Shown here one piece after another: positions 40,656 to 49,159 of a DNA stretch of 64,000 nt (within the stretch, counting starts at the first letter, position 1; every line of letters begins with the position of its first letter). Under the pieces are notes generated by a model. That model worked only from the letters and a program-made list of their open reading frames with translations, made no database searches and had not been told where the DNA came from. A program made the translations under genes and the position numbers. Source of the stretch: a virus (taxonomy: Duplodnaviria > Heunggongvirae > Uroviricota > Caudoviricetes). Location of the stretch: the IMG/VR virus record IMGVR_UViG_3300025326_000020; one strand, 5' to 3'.

Positions 40656-40729
40656 TCTCATTGGAGAGATTCGAACTCTCAATCACCACACTTTGAATGT
40701 GGTCGCTTTGCCAGTTAGCGCACAATGAG
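40656..40729 (-). tRNA. class-I tRNA with leucine-type anticodon CAA (identity uncertain)
   Basis: perfect acceptor CTCATTG/CAATGAG; anticodon arm CCACA-TTCAAAG-TGTGG; 5-nt variable loop; T-arm GAGAG-TTCGAAT-CTCTC; discriminator A. Confidence 0.6.
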
Positions 40730-40736
40730 GATTCAA

Positions 40737-40991
40737 TTATGGGCATGTCCAACCATGGGGACCAGTTGGCATGCCCGCTTTTATGTAGCAACTATCACAG
40801 AGGAAGTGTCCATTATTTGGATTATAAGTACCTTCTTCTCTGATAACAGCTTTTATTCTCTTAGCTTGACGTTCCTCTTCCGTCGTTGCATTGTATGAAT
40901 CTTCATCTTCTGCCCATGTTCCATCATATGAAGTCATATCTCTTGCGTATCGTTCGCACATCGGATCGTATGGTTCAGGTATTTCATCCAA
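40737..40991 (-). CDS. hypothetical protein
   Basis: ORF. Confidence 0.4.
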   Translation of the reverse strand: MDEIPEPYDPMCERYARDMTSYDGTWAEDEDSYNATTEEERQAKRIKAVIREEGTYNPNNGHFLCDSCYIKAGMPTGPHGWTCP

Positions 40992-41172
40992 GGGTTTTTA
41001 TCAGCTCCTCAGTAGCCTTACAGTGTTCTAGTACAGCATCCATAGCTTCCTCTTGACTAGCAAGATCAAATCCTGATGTCTTATGAATTCGGCATAGCCA
41101 ACACCAACCACGATATTTCCATACTCGTAGCGGTCGGGCGACCTTATAGTTCTTCACACTGGTTTCATCCAT
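40984..41172 (-). CDS. hypothetical protein
   Basis: ORF. Confidence 0.35.
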   Translation of the reverse strand: MDETSVKNYKVARPLRVWKYRGWCWLCRIHKTSGFDLASQEEAMDAVLEHCKATEELIKTLG

Positions 41173-41378
41173 TGACCTGGTGTACTCTTTCCACAGTATA
41201 GACAGTAATCATGGTCTGGTATGCCACATTGGTCACGTTCTGGAAGATGTCCAGCGAATACGCAAAGTAGCTTTGGCAACCACGTTATGTGGTCATAAAT
41301 ATAATTAGTTAACCACTCTGGTTTACCATCCCAGATCCATAGCATTATTCTACGTCTTATTATGATATTCGCTCCCAC
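41154..41378 (-). CDS. hypothetical protein
   Basis: ORF. Confidence 0.35.
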   Translation of the reverse strand: MGANIIIRRRIMLWIWDGKPEWLTNYIYDHITWLPKLLCVFAGHLPERDQCGIPDHDYCLYCGKSTPGQWMKPV

Positions 41379-41541
41379 ATTACGCCGGAATCTTGGCCCA
41401 GATTAATAAATATCTTGTTCCAACGACCAGTGCAACGTCGACATCTATATAATGAGGTGCTACAAATCAATACTGGCTGTCTAGGTTCCATTATTCGTAT
41501 GCGAGCGTGTAGCCCAACCAGACAGAGAAGATTTGTCATAG

Positions 41542-41901
41542 TTATACCCGCTGAGGATCATATTCATCAGCAAACTTTTCCATCACACGGATAACTTCTT
41601 CCTTAGAAGAAGCCTTATGATCATTCCAGCCTGCAATACCGGAATCACTAATACCTGATGTTCTCATCCAGGTTTGAAATATTTGCATGGCTTGGTTTGC
41701 AAGACCAGTTCTAAAAAGATCACCATTGAAACCGTCTATATGTCCAGTAAGAGCAAACGCAATGACACCCATGGCACACATACCATCAGTAGGTGTACCT
41801 CGTGATCCTTTGATCCATTTTCTATCTGTTAGAACCTGAGCAGCCTTGCGGATAGCCCGACCAGCATTTTCCTCAATTGTTGGCTTCTTACGTCTAGTCA
41901 T
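41542..41901 (-). CDS. hypothetical protein
   Basis: ORF with RBS. Confidence 0.45.
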   Translation of the reverse strand: MTRRKKPTIEENAGRAIRKAAQVLTDRKWIKGSRGTPTDGMCAMGVIAFALTGHIDGFNGDLFRTGLANQAMQIFQTWMRTSGISDSGIAGWNDHKASSKEEVIRVMEKFADEYDPQRV

Positions 41902-42083
41902 TTTGTCTCCTAAGTTTTTAGATGGACACGGTGGGCGATGTCACTAAGTTGTGACGCAGACCATGATCGGTGCCCGTGAACTAATCATGCTGCCATTCCA
42001 TCCCATCCGTGCCCGTGATCTCTGGGTAGGGATTAGCCAACCGTTGACGTCATTGGTTTGGCCATCGTAGGGCGCCTCCCAGC

Positions 42084-42158
42084 GTTCTAGCGCAGAGGTT
42101 CGAACTCCAATTTCCAGATTCAGAATCTGGCGTCCTGCCAATTAGACGATGCTAGAAT
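42084..42158 (-). tRNA. tRNA-Gln-like (anticodon CTG); acceptor/D-arm registration is ambiguous
   Basis: anticodon arm CCAGA-TTCTGAA-TCTGG and T-loop TTCGAAC present; acceptor pairing TTCTAGC/GCTAGAA. Confidence 0.45.
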
Positions 42159-42164
42159 ATTTAG

Positions 42165-42389
42165 TTATTGTTCTCTCACATCTGGTAGTATTCCATGGTC
42201 CCTGTGGTTCTTTGCTACTTCAACCACAGCAACCAAATCATCTAGTTGCTCAGCATCTATAGTGATGTGCATGCCATGCGTAATTATCATATATGCGTTG
42301 CTAGCTAAATCATGAAATAGTCCGACTTCTTTCTTCCAAAAGAGACGAGTATAATTACGCATCGTAACACTTCTTTCCATCTTGTTCAA
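42165..42389 (-). CDS. hypothetical protein
   Basis: ORF. Confidence 0.35.
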   Translation of the reverse strand: MNKMERSVTMRNYTRLFWKKEVGLFHDLASNAYMIITHGMHITIDAEQLDDLVAVVEVAKNHRDHGILPDVREQ

Positions 42390-42600
42390 TGACGATAGTG
42401 TCTACCTGGCTTAGTCTATAAAATCCACTATCCTCATTGTATGGCATACCAGATGTTATATAATCTCTAGCTTCTTTTATGGTTTTGAACGATTTTATAG
42501 TTCGTCCACAACTTACTTGAAATGTTCTGAAATGCCACGGTTCTGGCGTTGTATATTTTGCATTGTGAGTCGTCACGAGCCAAGCGAGTGATTCGAACAC
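42355..42600 (-). CDS. hypothetical protein
   Basis: ORF; N-terminus overlaps tRNA-Thr by ~20 nt. Confidence 0.35.
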   Translation of the reverse strand: MFESLAWLVTTHNAKYTTPEPWHFRTFQVSCGRTIKSFKTIKEARDYITSGMPYNEDSGFYRLSQVDTIVIEQDGKKCYDA

Positions 42601-42649
42601 TCTACTCCTGTTTACAAGACAGGTGCTTTTCCCATTAAGCTAGCTTGGC
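42578..42649 (-). tRNA. tRNA-Thr (anticodon TGT)
   Basis: acceptor GCCAAGC/GCTTGGC; anticodon arm CCTGT-CTTGTAA-ACAGG; T-arm GAGTG-TTCGAAT-CACTC. Confidence 0.7.
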
Positions 42650-42657
42650 ATATTCAA

Positions 42658-43161
42658 TTATTCAAGCACCTTTTCGTATTGCTGTGGAAGTGTCCAACCT
42701 AGCAGTGATAGTCTACGCAGTGAGGTAGCAACCATACCACTACCTTGACCCGTAATTGGTGTATTGCCCATGACCTCTTCCATAATTCTTACGTAGTCAC
42801 GATCAATGATTAGGTATGGCAATAGGTTACTGACAATTACAACCATACCAGCACCAGTAACAGTCCATCGAGCTATTGCTGGAAGATAAAGATTTTCTAC
42901 TGGGACTTCACCTACGTGAGTGTGTGCATGTGGACAATGTTCTGAACATCCACGACGCATAAAATCTCTTACAGGTTGTGGTTTCTTTGCGTCAGCCTTT
43001 AAACCAGTTAGTACGCCAAGCTCTTGAATAACTGCAATCTCTTTACTTTCAACAGATAGTATAATTTGTGGAGTCGCTCGTTGCTTGTTGTGTTTACGCA
43101 GAAATCTTCCTTTTAAATCTATGACTCCTGCCATCCATCCTAGTTTAATATCTGGTATCAT
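42658..43161 (-). CDS. hypothetical protein with a degenerate LAGLIDADG-like motif
   Basis: GWMAGVIDLKGRF near the N-terminus; His/Cys cluster CSEHCPHAHTH. Confidence 0.4.
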   Translation of the reverse strand: MIPDIKLGWMAGVIDLKGRFLRKHNKQRATPQIILSVESKEIAVIQELGVLTGLKADAKKPQPVRDFMRRGCSEHCPHAHTHVGEVPVENLYLPAIARWTVTGAGMVVIVSNLLPYLIIDRDYVRIMEEVMGNTPITGQGSGMVATSLRRLSLLGWTLPQQYEKVLE

Positions 43162-43186
43162 CTTTATTCCTTTTTGTTGTCATGTG

Positions 43187-43261
43187 TACCGACGGTCAGA
43201 CTTGAACTGACAACCACTAACTTATAAGGTTAGCCGCACTGACCAATTGGCGTACGTCGGC
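43187..43261 (-). tRNA. tRNA-Ile (anticodon TAT)
   Basis: acceptor GCCGACG/CGTCGGT; anticodon arm CTAAC-CTTATAA-GTTAG; T-arm GTCAG-TTCAAGT-CTGAC. Confidence 0.6.
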
Positions 43262-43289
43262 TCGCCCCGAAGGGCTTTGTGCTTTTCTA

Positions 43290-43676
43290 TCAGGTGACTT
43301 CGACCCAGTACGACTCAACATCATCGTTGTGCCAGAATCCGAAGTTTGCAGACTGGTTTGGTGAAAGCGTCACAGAACCCTGACCAAACTGGTTCGAACA
43401 ACCAAGATTGTCGTGGAAGGTAATGTAGATTCCATTTCCGCCAGTCATCTTGTTAACAGCACTAGAGATAATGTTGCGCCATCCAGATGGAAGATTGGAA
43501 CATCCACCACCGCCAACGGAAATATCGTATCTACTGCCGTTACCACCAGAGTCAACATAAATGCAGGCCCGACCTGATGGGCAGGCAGAATATGATGCAC
43601 TAGCCGGTGACGCAATTACAATTACAAGTCCTAGTGAAACCAGGAGTGTTGCTAGAACTGCACGTACCTTGCGCAT
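43290..43676 (-). CDS. secreted small Cys-containing protein (beta/gamma-crystallin or I36 inhibitor-like)
   Basis: N-terminal signal peptide ...ASPASAS; paired Cys; Gly-rich beta strands. Confidence 0.5.
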   Translation of the reverse strand: MRKVRAVLATLLVSLGLVIVIASPASASYSACPSGRACIYVDSGGNGSRYDISVGGGGCSNLPSGWRNIISSAVNKMTGGNGIYITFHDNLGCSNQFGQGSVTLSPNQSANFGFWHNDDVESYWVEVT

Positions 43677-43740
43677 TTAAGCTCCTATTGTTATTATACG
43701 GATAACGGTGGTGTAATCCCACCCAAAGTTTACAGACTTC

Positions 43741-43953
43741 TCATATTAATTTTTCTAATTCTTCTCGAAAATATTCTGCTATTTCATCAATTGTTATTGT
43801 GCCTGCGTAGATAGCTTCTTCAATAGAACCCACAGGTAGCACAGTATCCTGTTTTCTGTCATCGTGTAACAAACTCCAGACTAACTGTGCTACCGTGCGC
43901 AATATTAATTCATGCTTTGTTCTACTCGCCCAGTTCTTTTTGTTCGAACTCAC
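43741..43953 (-). CDS. hypothetical protein
   Basis: ORF. Confidence 0.35.
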   Translation of the reverse strand: MSSNKKNWASRTKHELILRTVAQLVWSLLHDDRKQDTVLPVGSIEEAIYAGTITIDEIAEYFREELEKLI

Positions 43954-44122
43954 GCGAACCCATCACGAGTGTGTTGATTCTAGCTGCAAAATCTTGTGCC
44001 TCATGATCTCGCATTCTTAGAAATCCAGCATAAGCTCGGTGTTCCTCGTCAGGTCCGATATATACTCTAACCTCACGATGTTCACCTTGCAACTCAGTTA
44101 ACACTGCATGCATACTTGTCAT
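43922..44122 (-). CDS. hypothetical protein
   Basis: ORF. Confidence 0.35.
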   Translation of the reverse strand: MTSMHAVLTELQGEHREVRVYIGPDEEHRAYAGFLRMRDHEAQDFAARINTLVMGSREFEQKELGE

Positions 44123-44125
44123 GTG

Positions 44126-44413
44126 TTACTTCTTGCAGGTCGGATCATTTGGCACTACGGCAATGGCGCCATAGGGACTGTCACTATGGAAGAGTACATA
44201 CAAACGATTGCCATGATCACACTTAGTGGCCGCATTCGAGAATCCATCAGGCATGACAATAATATCGGCTGATTCAGTATTTTCAGTACCTGATCGTGGA
44301 GCATCGTTAAACGGTTCCTTTGCTTTGGCCCCACAACTAGTGGACAAGGCAACCGCAAGAATCCCAACAATTAGGCAAGCAAATAATGGTAGCAAAGACT
44401 TAATTTTAGTCAC
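44126..44413 (-). CDS. lipoprotein
   Basis: signal peptide with lipobox LSTSC. Confidence 0.55.
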   Translation of the reverse strand: MTKIKSLLPLFACLIVGILAVALSTSCGAKAKEPFNDAPRSGTENTESADIIVMPDGFSNAATKCDHGNRLYVLFHSDSPYGAIAVVPNDPTCKK

Positions 44414-45429
44414 TACTTGCCTCCGGCATTAGCACTAACAAGTACACCGCCACCAGCGGCCAAACATAGACCCGGCGGAACTCCCATCTTAACCGATTCC
44501 TCTATGCACTTGTTTTGTACATAAAGAGGTGTCAAAACCTGGGCTAGAAGGTCAGAAACGGCCTTTTCAGCCAGGGCGTTTGTCTTCTTCTGTGCTAGTA
44601 CTCTAGCCTGCGCGATAACATCCTGGAACTGCTGAATGTTCTTTTCAGTTTGTGCATCATGGTGTACTAGTGGAATGGATACAGTCTTGACATCTACCAG
44701 ACCGTCAAATGCCGTTACCAGCTTGTTCTTAACATCTGTTTGTAGCTGGGTACCATCAAACCCAACCTGACCAGTCTGTAGATTTACCTGAGACAGGGGG
44801 TTATAGGTTGCAAAAACGTCGTTAAGCGCGTTCTGAATAACTGTTTCATACAGATTGTTCTTAACATTATTGAAATCACCCTTGTAGTCAAGGAACAACT
44901 TAGGTGCACCAGTCTCAGTAACCTGTAGCTGGATCCTATTCTCTACACATGCAGTAGCAAGTGAGCCAATACGTACGGTAGTACAACCTTCCTTCCAATT
45001 ACCAAGATGGTTGATTGTGACTACAGACGCATCGAAGTCCTCAACACTCTGCCAAGGCCAAACGAAGTGCAAACCGCTACCTGTGGTGTCTCCAGTAGGA
45101 CGGTTGAACGTGCTAACAATACCAACATTCCGTACTGGCACAGTGTATGCACTAGCAAAGAACATTAATATAGCAGCTAACGAAGCTAGTGCAATTGTTA
45201 CTACCTTAGAGGAATTATGTTCAGCAGCAGCAGCAGATTCCATATCCTTCTTTGATGGGCGATCAACATAAGCTCGATAGTCGCTACTTGCGGTATCTGC
45301 TGCCACAGCCTTATCGTATTCACTTTTTGCCTCAATGAAATCTTTCTTTGCTGATTTCTTCCACAAAAAAGCAAGAACAGCAAGAACAGCAACAGTGATG
45401 CCTAGTACAAATTCCCAGCTCAATTTCAT
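44413..45429 (-). CDS. membrane-anchored SPFH/band-7 domain protein
   Basis: N-terminal transmembrane helix; VRNVGIVSTFNRP...GLHFVWPW resembles the SPFH core. Confidence 0.5.
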   Translation of the reverse strand: MKLSWEFVLGITVAVLAVLAFLWKKSAKKDFIEAKSEYDKAVAADTASSDYRAYVDRPSKKDMESAAAAEHNSSKVVTIALASLAAILMFFASAYTVPVRNVGIVSTFNRPTGDTTGSGLHFVWPWQSVEDFDASVVTINHLGNWKEGCTTVRIGSLATACVENRIQLQVTETGAPKLFLDYKGDFNNVKNNLYETVIQNALNDVFATYNPLSQVNLQTGQVGFDGTQLQTDVKNKLVTAFDGLVDVKTVSIPLVHHDAQTEKNIQQFQDVIAQARVLAQKKTNALAEKAVSDLLAQVLTPLYVQNKCIEESVKMGVPPGLCLAAGGGVLVSANAGGK

Positions 45430-45461
45430 TCCTTAAATAGTTGTCATTTTGACGTGTTACG

Positions 45462-45532
45462 TTCAAGCACCTAGATTCGAACTAAGACTACCATATCCAA
45501 AGTATGGTGGGCTACCCTTACCCCATGCTTGA
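45462..45532 (-). tRNA. tRNA-Gln (anticodon TTG)
   Basis: perfect acceptor TCAAGCA/TGCTTGA; anticodon arm CCATA-CTTTGGA-TATGG; T-arm CTTAG-TTCGAAT-CTAGG. Confidence 0.65.
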
Positions 45533-45710
45533 TTATATTGCAGAGTTAAATGCGGATATAACACGTGCTGGTTTACCATCTTCATTTGGGTCAGACACGC
45601 GTCTAATCGCTTCTGACAAAACACTGTCAGGATCTAACTTCCACAACTCATTGAGTGGAAGCTTAGTTATATCAACCAAACCATCAGGTTGATGTTCCAT
45701 ATGACACTCC

Positions 45711-46202
45711 TCACTTTATGTCGATGAGCTGATTTGTTATTGGTGACAGCACCTGTACTTCCAAGACACCATCACAACCAGAAACATATGCACGTAATCT
45801 ACCAAGAGTTATGTACCAAATGTCTTCTTTAATTTCCATTCTAGATATATCAGAAATCTCCGACCGTCGACTAAGAGCACGCTGAGTTAAATTGGCTGCT
45901 TCTCTAAGATTGACTATATGCTTAACTATCTCACCATTAAGATCGAATGCTCTGGCTCTGAATCTGTAGCCGAGTCCAATAGAATAACGTTTGATGTCGA
46001 CCATGAATAAATTATTGGGATCAGTGGTTTCTATTCTACCTATAGTGTACTTAGACACACCAATCTTAACCCCAAGTTCGGGCTGTGTTGGTATTTTTGG
46101 CGTTAGTGCCCGACGAAGTTCGCCGAGTAACATTTCTATCCTTTCACTAGGACCAAGAATTGGGCTGGTGATATGAAATTTCAAATTCCATAGTCTTGCC
46201 AT
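45711..46202 (-). CDS. helix-turn-helix DNA-binding protein
   Basis: HTH segment ELGVKIGVSKYTIGRIE. Confidence 0.45.
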   Translation of the reverse strand: MARLWNLKFHITSPILGPSERIEMLLGELRRALTPKIPTQPELGVKIGVSKYTIGRIETTDPNNLFMVDIKRYSIGLGYRFRARAFDLNGEIVKHIVNLREAANLTQRALSRRSEISDISRMEIKEDIWYITLGRLRAYVSGCDGVLEVQVLSPITNQLIDIK

Positions 46203-46329
46203 GGAACTGCGTGTTATATTCTATATCTTTAATATCAATACCGTCATTGTTTAACATAGCATGAAATATGGCTTCCGAAACAATCAACCATTCAGCAGCA
46301 CCGAATGGTTTTACGCTAAATACTTTCAC
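46147..46329 (-). CDS. hypothetical protein
   Basis: ORF. Confidence 0.3.
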   Translation of the reverse strand: MKVFSVKPFGAAEWLIVSEAIFHAMLNNDGIDIKDIEYNTQFHGKTMEFEISYHQPNSWS

Positions 46330-46330
46330 G

Positions 46331-46403
46331 TCCCCCCGACAGGACTCGAACCTGCGTCTATGCCTTAAAAGGGCACAGCTAATTCCATCTCAGCTACGGA
46401 GGG
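46331..46403 (-). tRNA. tRNA-Lys (anticodon TTT)
   Basis: acceptor CCCTCCG/CGGGGGG; anticodon arm GTGCC-CTTTTAA-GGCAT; T-arm GCAGG-TTCGAGT-CCTGT. Confidence 0.65.
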
Positions 46404-46411
46404 CTATTCAG

Positions 46412-46774
46412 TTATAATACTTCCCATAGTGCGCGGTGACGATGTCGAGGATTAATAGGTACCACGTCCTCGACATCGTCTTTGTCCATCTTGATTATAT
46501 CACGTGCCTGCATGCGCCAGGTATTACGTGCCTTACCGTTGTCTTCCTGAACATATGAATCAAGCCAACCGCCAGGACGACCATATAGTTTGCTGCCCAG
46601 AGTACTGTAGTAACCATATGCTGGTTTGTATCCACAGGTGATGTCACTGTAAAACTTGATGACCTGACCGTCGAAATCACAATCTTTGTTATGGTGATTG
46701 TGATGTTCAATACGGAGATTAGGATTCTTAGCAACCTGAATCTCCCAACGATCCGTCTTGTCTGTCATTGACAA
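46412..46774 (-). CDS. hypothetical protein
   Basis: ORF. Confidence 0.4.
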   Translation of the reverse strand: MSMTDKTDRWEIQVAKNPNLRIEHHNHHNKDCDFDGQVIKFYSDITCGYKPAYGYYSTLGSKLYGRPGGWLDSYVQEDNGKARNTWRMQARDIIKMDKDDVEDVVPINPRHRHRALWEVL

Positions 46775-46804
46775 GATTACCTTTCCACGTTGGACCTTCC
46801 AACG

Positions 46805-47188
46805 TTACCTTACAACATCATCGTCTCCTTTACCATCGAAGGCATCCTCTTGTAGGTGCCAGCAGTGTTCACAACCATCTTTCCAGCATGGTTCGTCTTT
46901 TTTAAAGATTGCCTTGGCAGCAACACATCCTGCTTCTACTGGTAGTACTAGCAATTCCTCTTGTTTTTTGCTCATCCAGTGAAATGTCTCTGTATATGAG
47001 CTATACCACCAAGATTGAAATTTTGTGTTCTCTTCTTTATTTCCAAGATGTTCGAATATCCACCCTGATACTCCACAGCAAGGACATATACGATCTGTTA
47101 GCCACTCATAGATATTAGACCACCATGGTGCTTCAACTATAGCAACGTGGTCGCCATCTTTGTGATACCAAACATGAACTCTTAACAT
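46805..47188 (-). CDS. Cys-rich hypothetical protein
   Basis: ORF. Confidence 0.4.
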   Translation of the reverse strand: MLRVHVWYHKDGDHVAIVEAPWWSNIYEWLTDRICPCCGVSGWIFEHLGNKEENTKFQSWWYSSYTETFHWMSKKQEELLVLPVEAGCVAAKAIFKKDEPCWKDGCEHCWHLQEDAFDGKGDDDVVR

Positions 47189-47225
47189 GTGTCCTCCTCG
47201 GACTTAGATACTGTCATTGTCCATG

Positions 47226-47432
47226 TTATATCACCACCTCACTACTGAAAGGATGACTTTCTCTAAGGTGAGCCTGCACAGCTTCCACAAGTCCTCTTAC
47301 ATAGTAACCACCAAGAACAGCAGGTAAGTCCTGTTCGAAATCTGGACATTCATCACAATATAAGAAGACCATTAATTCATCAAATTTACTTGACCATGGA
47401 ACTATTCGCATTGTATCTAAAATACTTGACAT
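47226..47432 (-). CDS. hypothetical protein
   Basis: ORF. Confidence 0.35.
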   Translation of the reverse strand: MSSILDTMRIVPWSSKFDELMVFLYCDECPDFEQDLPAVLGGYYVRGLVEAVQAHLRESHPFSSEVVI

Positions 47433-47433
47433 G

Positions 47434-47504
47434 CTCCCATACCTGGAATCGAACCAAGATCATGTGATTAACAGTCACAGGTTTTGCCATTAAACTATAC
47501 GGGA
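47434..47504 (-). tRNA. tRNA-Asn (anticodon GTT)
   Basis: acceptor TCCCGTA/TATGGGA; D-arm GTTTAATGGCAAAAC; anticodon arm TGTGA-CTGTTAA-TCACA; T-arm CTTGG-TTCGATT-CCAGG. Confidence 0.7.
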
Positions 47505-47533
47505 TTGACCACCACCGTAGTGATGGCTTGAAA

Positions 47534-48502
47534 TTATTCTGCGTGTAGTGAGGTGCTATTCAATGCAGCCTTACAAGCTGTAGTCACATCGTCAACAGTT
47601 AGACTGGTTGTTGGCAGCTTTGCGACGATAGCTGCCGCCAATGCTTCGATGTCTATTTCTATTGATTTTTCTGTGTTTAAATATGTACCATTCAACACAC
47701 CTAAAGTGGTCATTTCTGCTGGTATACCACGACCAGCATATTGCCACGGAATAGCCCGAAGTTGAGTTCTAATTATGTCATTGATTTCCTCTTTGCCAAT
47801 TAAGGCTCCAGCAAGAAACTTGTTGAACTCATCCTGTGTCATATTATCCTCCGAAGCGGCAATGAATTCCTGTAGTTGCACAAGCGTACCACGATATGCA
47901 TTGGCATCGCAAGTTGTTTGGTTGCCAATAGTTGTCATAGATCCATACTGTAGAATTTCTACCTTTTTACCTACAACAGGGTTCCAGCGCGAGGATGTGT
48001 CACCAGGGTAAGTCTTCTTATAGTGTGCTGTTGGGTTAGTTCCGTAGTTACTAGACCATAAAGGATACTTTAAATCTTTTAATTTATCGCCGTACAGCCA
48101 CGGGGGCGCGTACGCAAATATCGACGACGCAGGGCTGCCTGTACGGGCCTGCAAGGCCACTCCGAACGCGTTGACTTCCGCTATCGTCGGAGCGCGATCC
48201 ATGTACGGAAACTTCTCAGCATCAATTTGCCATATCCACGATACGTCTTTCCACCATGGTGTTTCAGCATTGACGATCTGTAAAAACCAATCTATCTGGT
48301 CAGTTACCGAGCCAGGATGATTAACATAGTAGGCACCAAGAACAGGAATACCAAGTCCTTTAGCTGCATTGAGTGCGGCTTTGTATTCGCTATCCTTGTA
48401 GCTGTGGTGACCCTCTGCACACTTGTGCGTGTAAAAGTCAATGCCATCTCTGACTGTTGGTGGTGCATCATAGTGACTAGTTTCGATCCCAGCCGTAAAC
48501 GG
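47534..48502 (-). CDS. endolysin, GH25 muramidase N-terminal domain + C-terminal domain; the annotated Met (48202) is internal and the catalytic region extends upstream without a canonical start in frame
   Basis: upstream in-frame translation ...GIETSHYDAPPTVRDGIDFYTHKCAEG...GLGIPVLGAYYV matches GH25 motifs; an ATG at 48504-48506 is in the +1 frame (MTVYGWDRN-stop). Confidence 0.55.
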   Translation of the reverse strand, partial: PFTAGIETSHYDAPPTVRDGIDFYTHKCAEGHHSYKDSEYKAALNAAKGLGIPVLGAYYVNHPGSVTDQIDWFLQIVNAETPWWKDVSWIWQIDAEKFPYMDRAPTIAEVNAFGVALQARTGSPASSIFAYAPPWLYGDKLKDLKYPLWSSNYGTNPTAHYKKTYPGDTSSRWNPVVGKKVEILQYGSMTTIGNQTTCDANAYRGTLVQLQEFIAASEDNMTQDEFNKFLAGALIGKEEINDIIRTQLRAIPWQYAGRGIPAEMTTLGVLNGTYLNTEKSIEIDIEALAAAIVAKLPTTSLTVDDVTTACKAALNSTSLHAE

Positions 48503-48522
48503 TCATGGTGGCATCACCTCTC

Positions 48523-48966
48523 TTAAGATAAGCCTCTGTGCTTATCACGTCTGATTTTAGCACACTTCTTACAAGTGCGCTTGTTCTTACTGTTCATCAG
48601 ATTGTCCTCGGTTAGAGGATGTCCACGCAGACAGAATTCTTTTTCAGAATTTATTTTACTGATACCATGTAAACCTTCGCGTGAAGCGTTGGCATTAATT
48701 GTTTTAGGTTCCATATGATATGGATTACAGCATATCGAGTTGTCGCACAGATGATCGATAACCAAACCATTTGGTATATCACCAATTAATAACTCATATG
48801 CAACACGATGAGCGTAGTAATGAAAACCTCTTAATCTAAAGTCGCCATACCCTTTACCTGCTGAGACTACACTCTTAGTCCAAGGCCAACAACCCTCTGG
48901 ACCAGTGAGATCTACCTTAGACCAAAAGGTAGAAATCTCAATGTACTCAATAGGAAAGGTCGTCAT
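48523..48966 (-). CDS. HNH endonuclease
   Basis: GLVIDHLCDNSICCNPYHMEP HNH core. Confidence 0.65.
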   Translation of the reverse strand: MTTFPIEYIEISTFWSKVDLTGPEGCWPWTKSVVSAGKGYGDFRLRGFHYYAHRVAYELLIGDIPNGLVIDHLCDNSICCNPYHMEPKTINANASREGLHGISKINSEKEFCLRGHPLTEDNLMNSKNKRTCKKCAKIRRDKHRGLS

Positions 48967-48967
48967 C

Positions 48968-49153
48968 CTACTCCTCGCTTGGCGCTGGAGTATGTCTGTT
49001 CCCGTCAGTCAGTACTTTGTGACAATTCACGCAGTCAAAGTAAGTTTCATCTGTTTCGTCTAAAGCTTCTTCTAATGTAATTGCTTTGTCGCCTTCAACT
49101 TCTTCGGTGCATAGAGCATGTAGCTTTGGTTCATCTAGTACATGAATTGTCAT
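48968..49153 (-). CDS. small zinc-ribbon protein
   Basis: CVNCHKV...C. Confidence 0.35.
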   Translation of the reverse strand: MTIHVLDEPKLHALCTEEVEGDKAITLEEALDETDETYFDCVNCHKVLTDGNRHTPAPSEE

Positions 49154-49159
49154 GTGTTA

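Noticed and set aside
40585-40791. 68-aa - strand ORF
   Set aside because: It lies entirely across two well-formed tRNA genes (40580..40652 and 40656..40729), so it is almost certainly non-coding.
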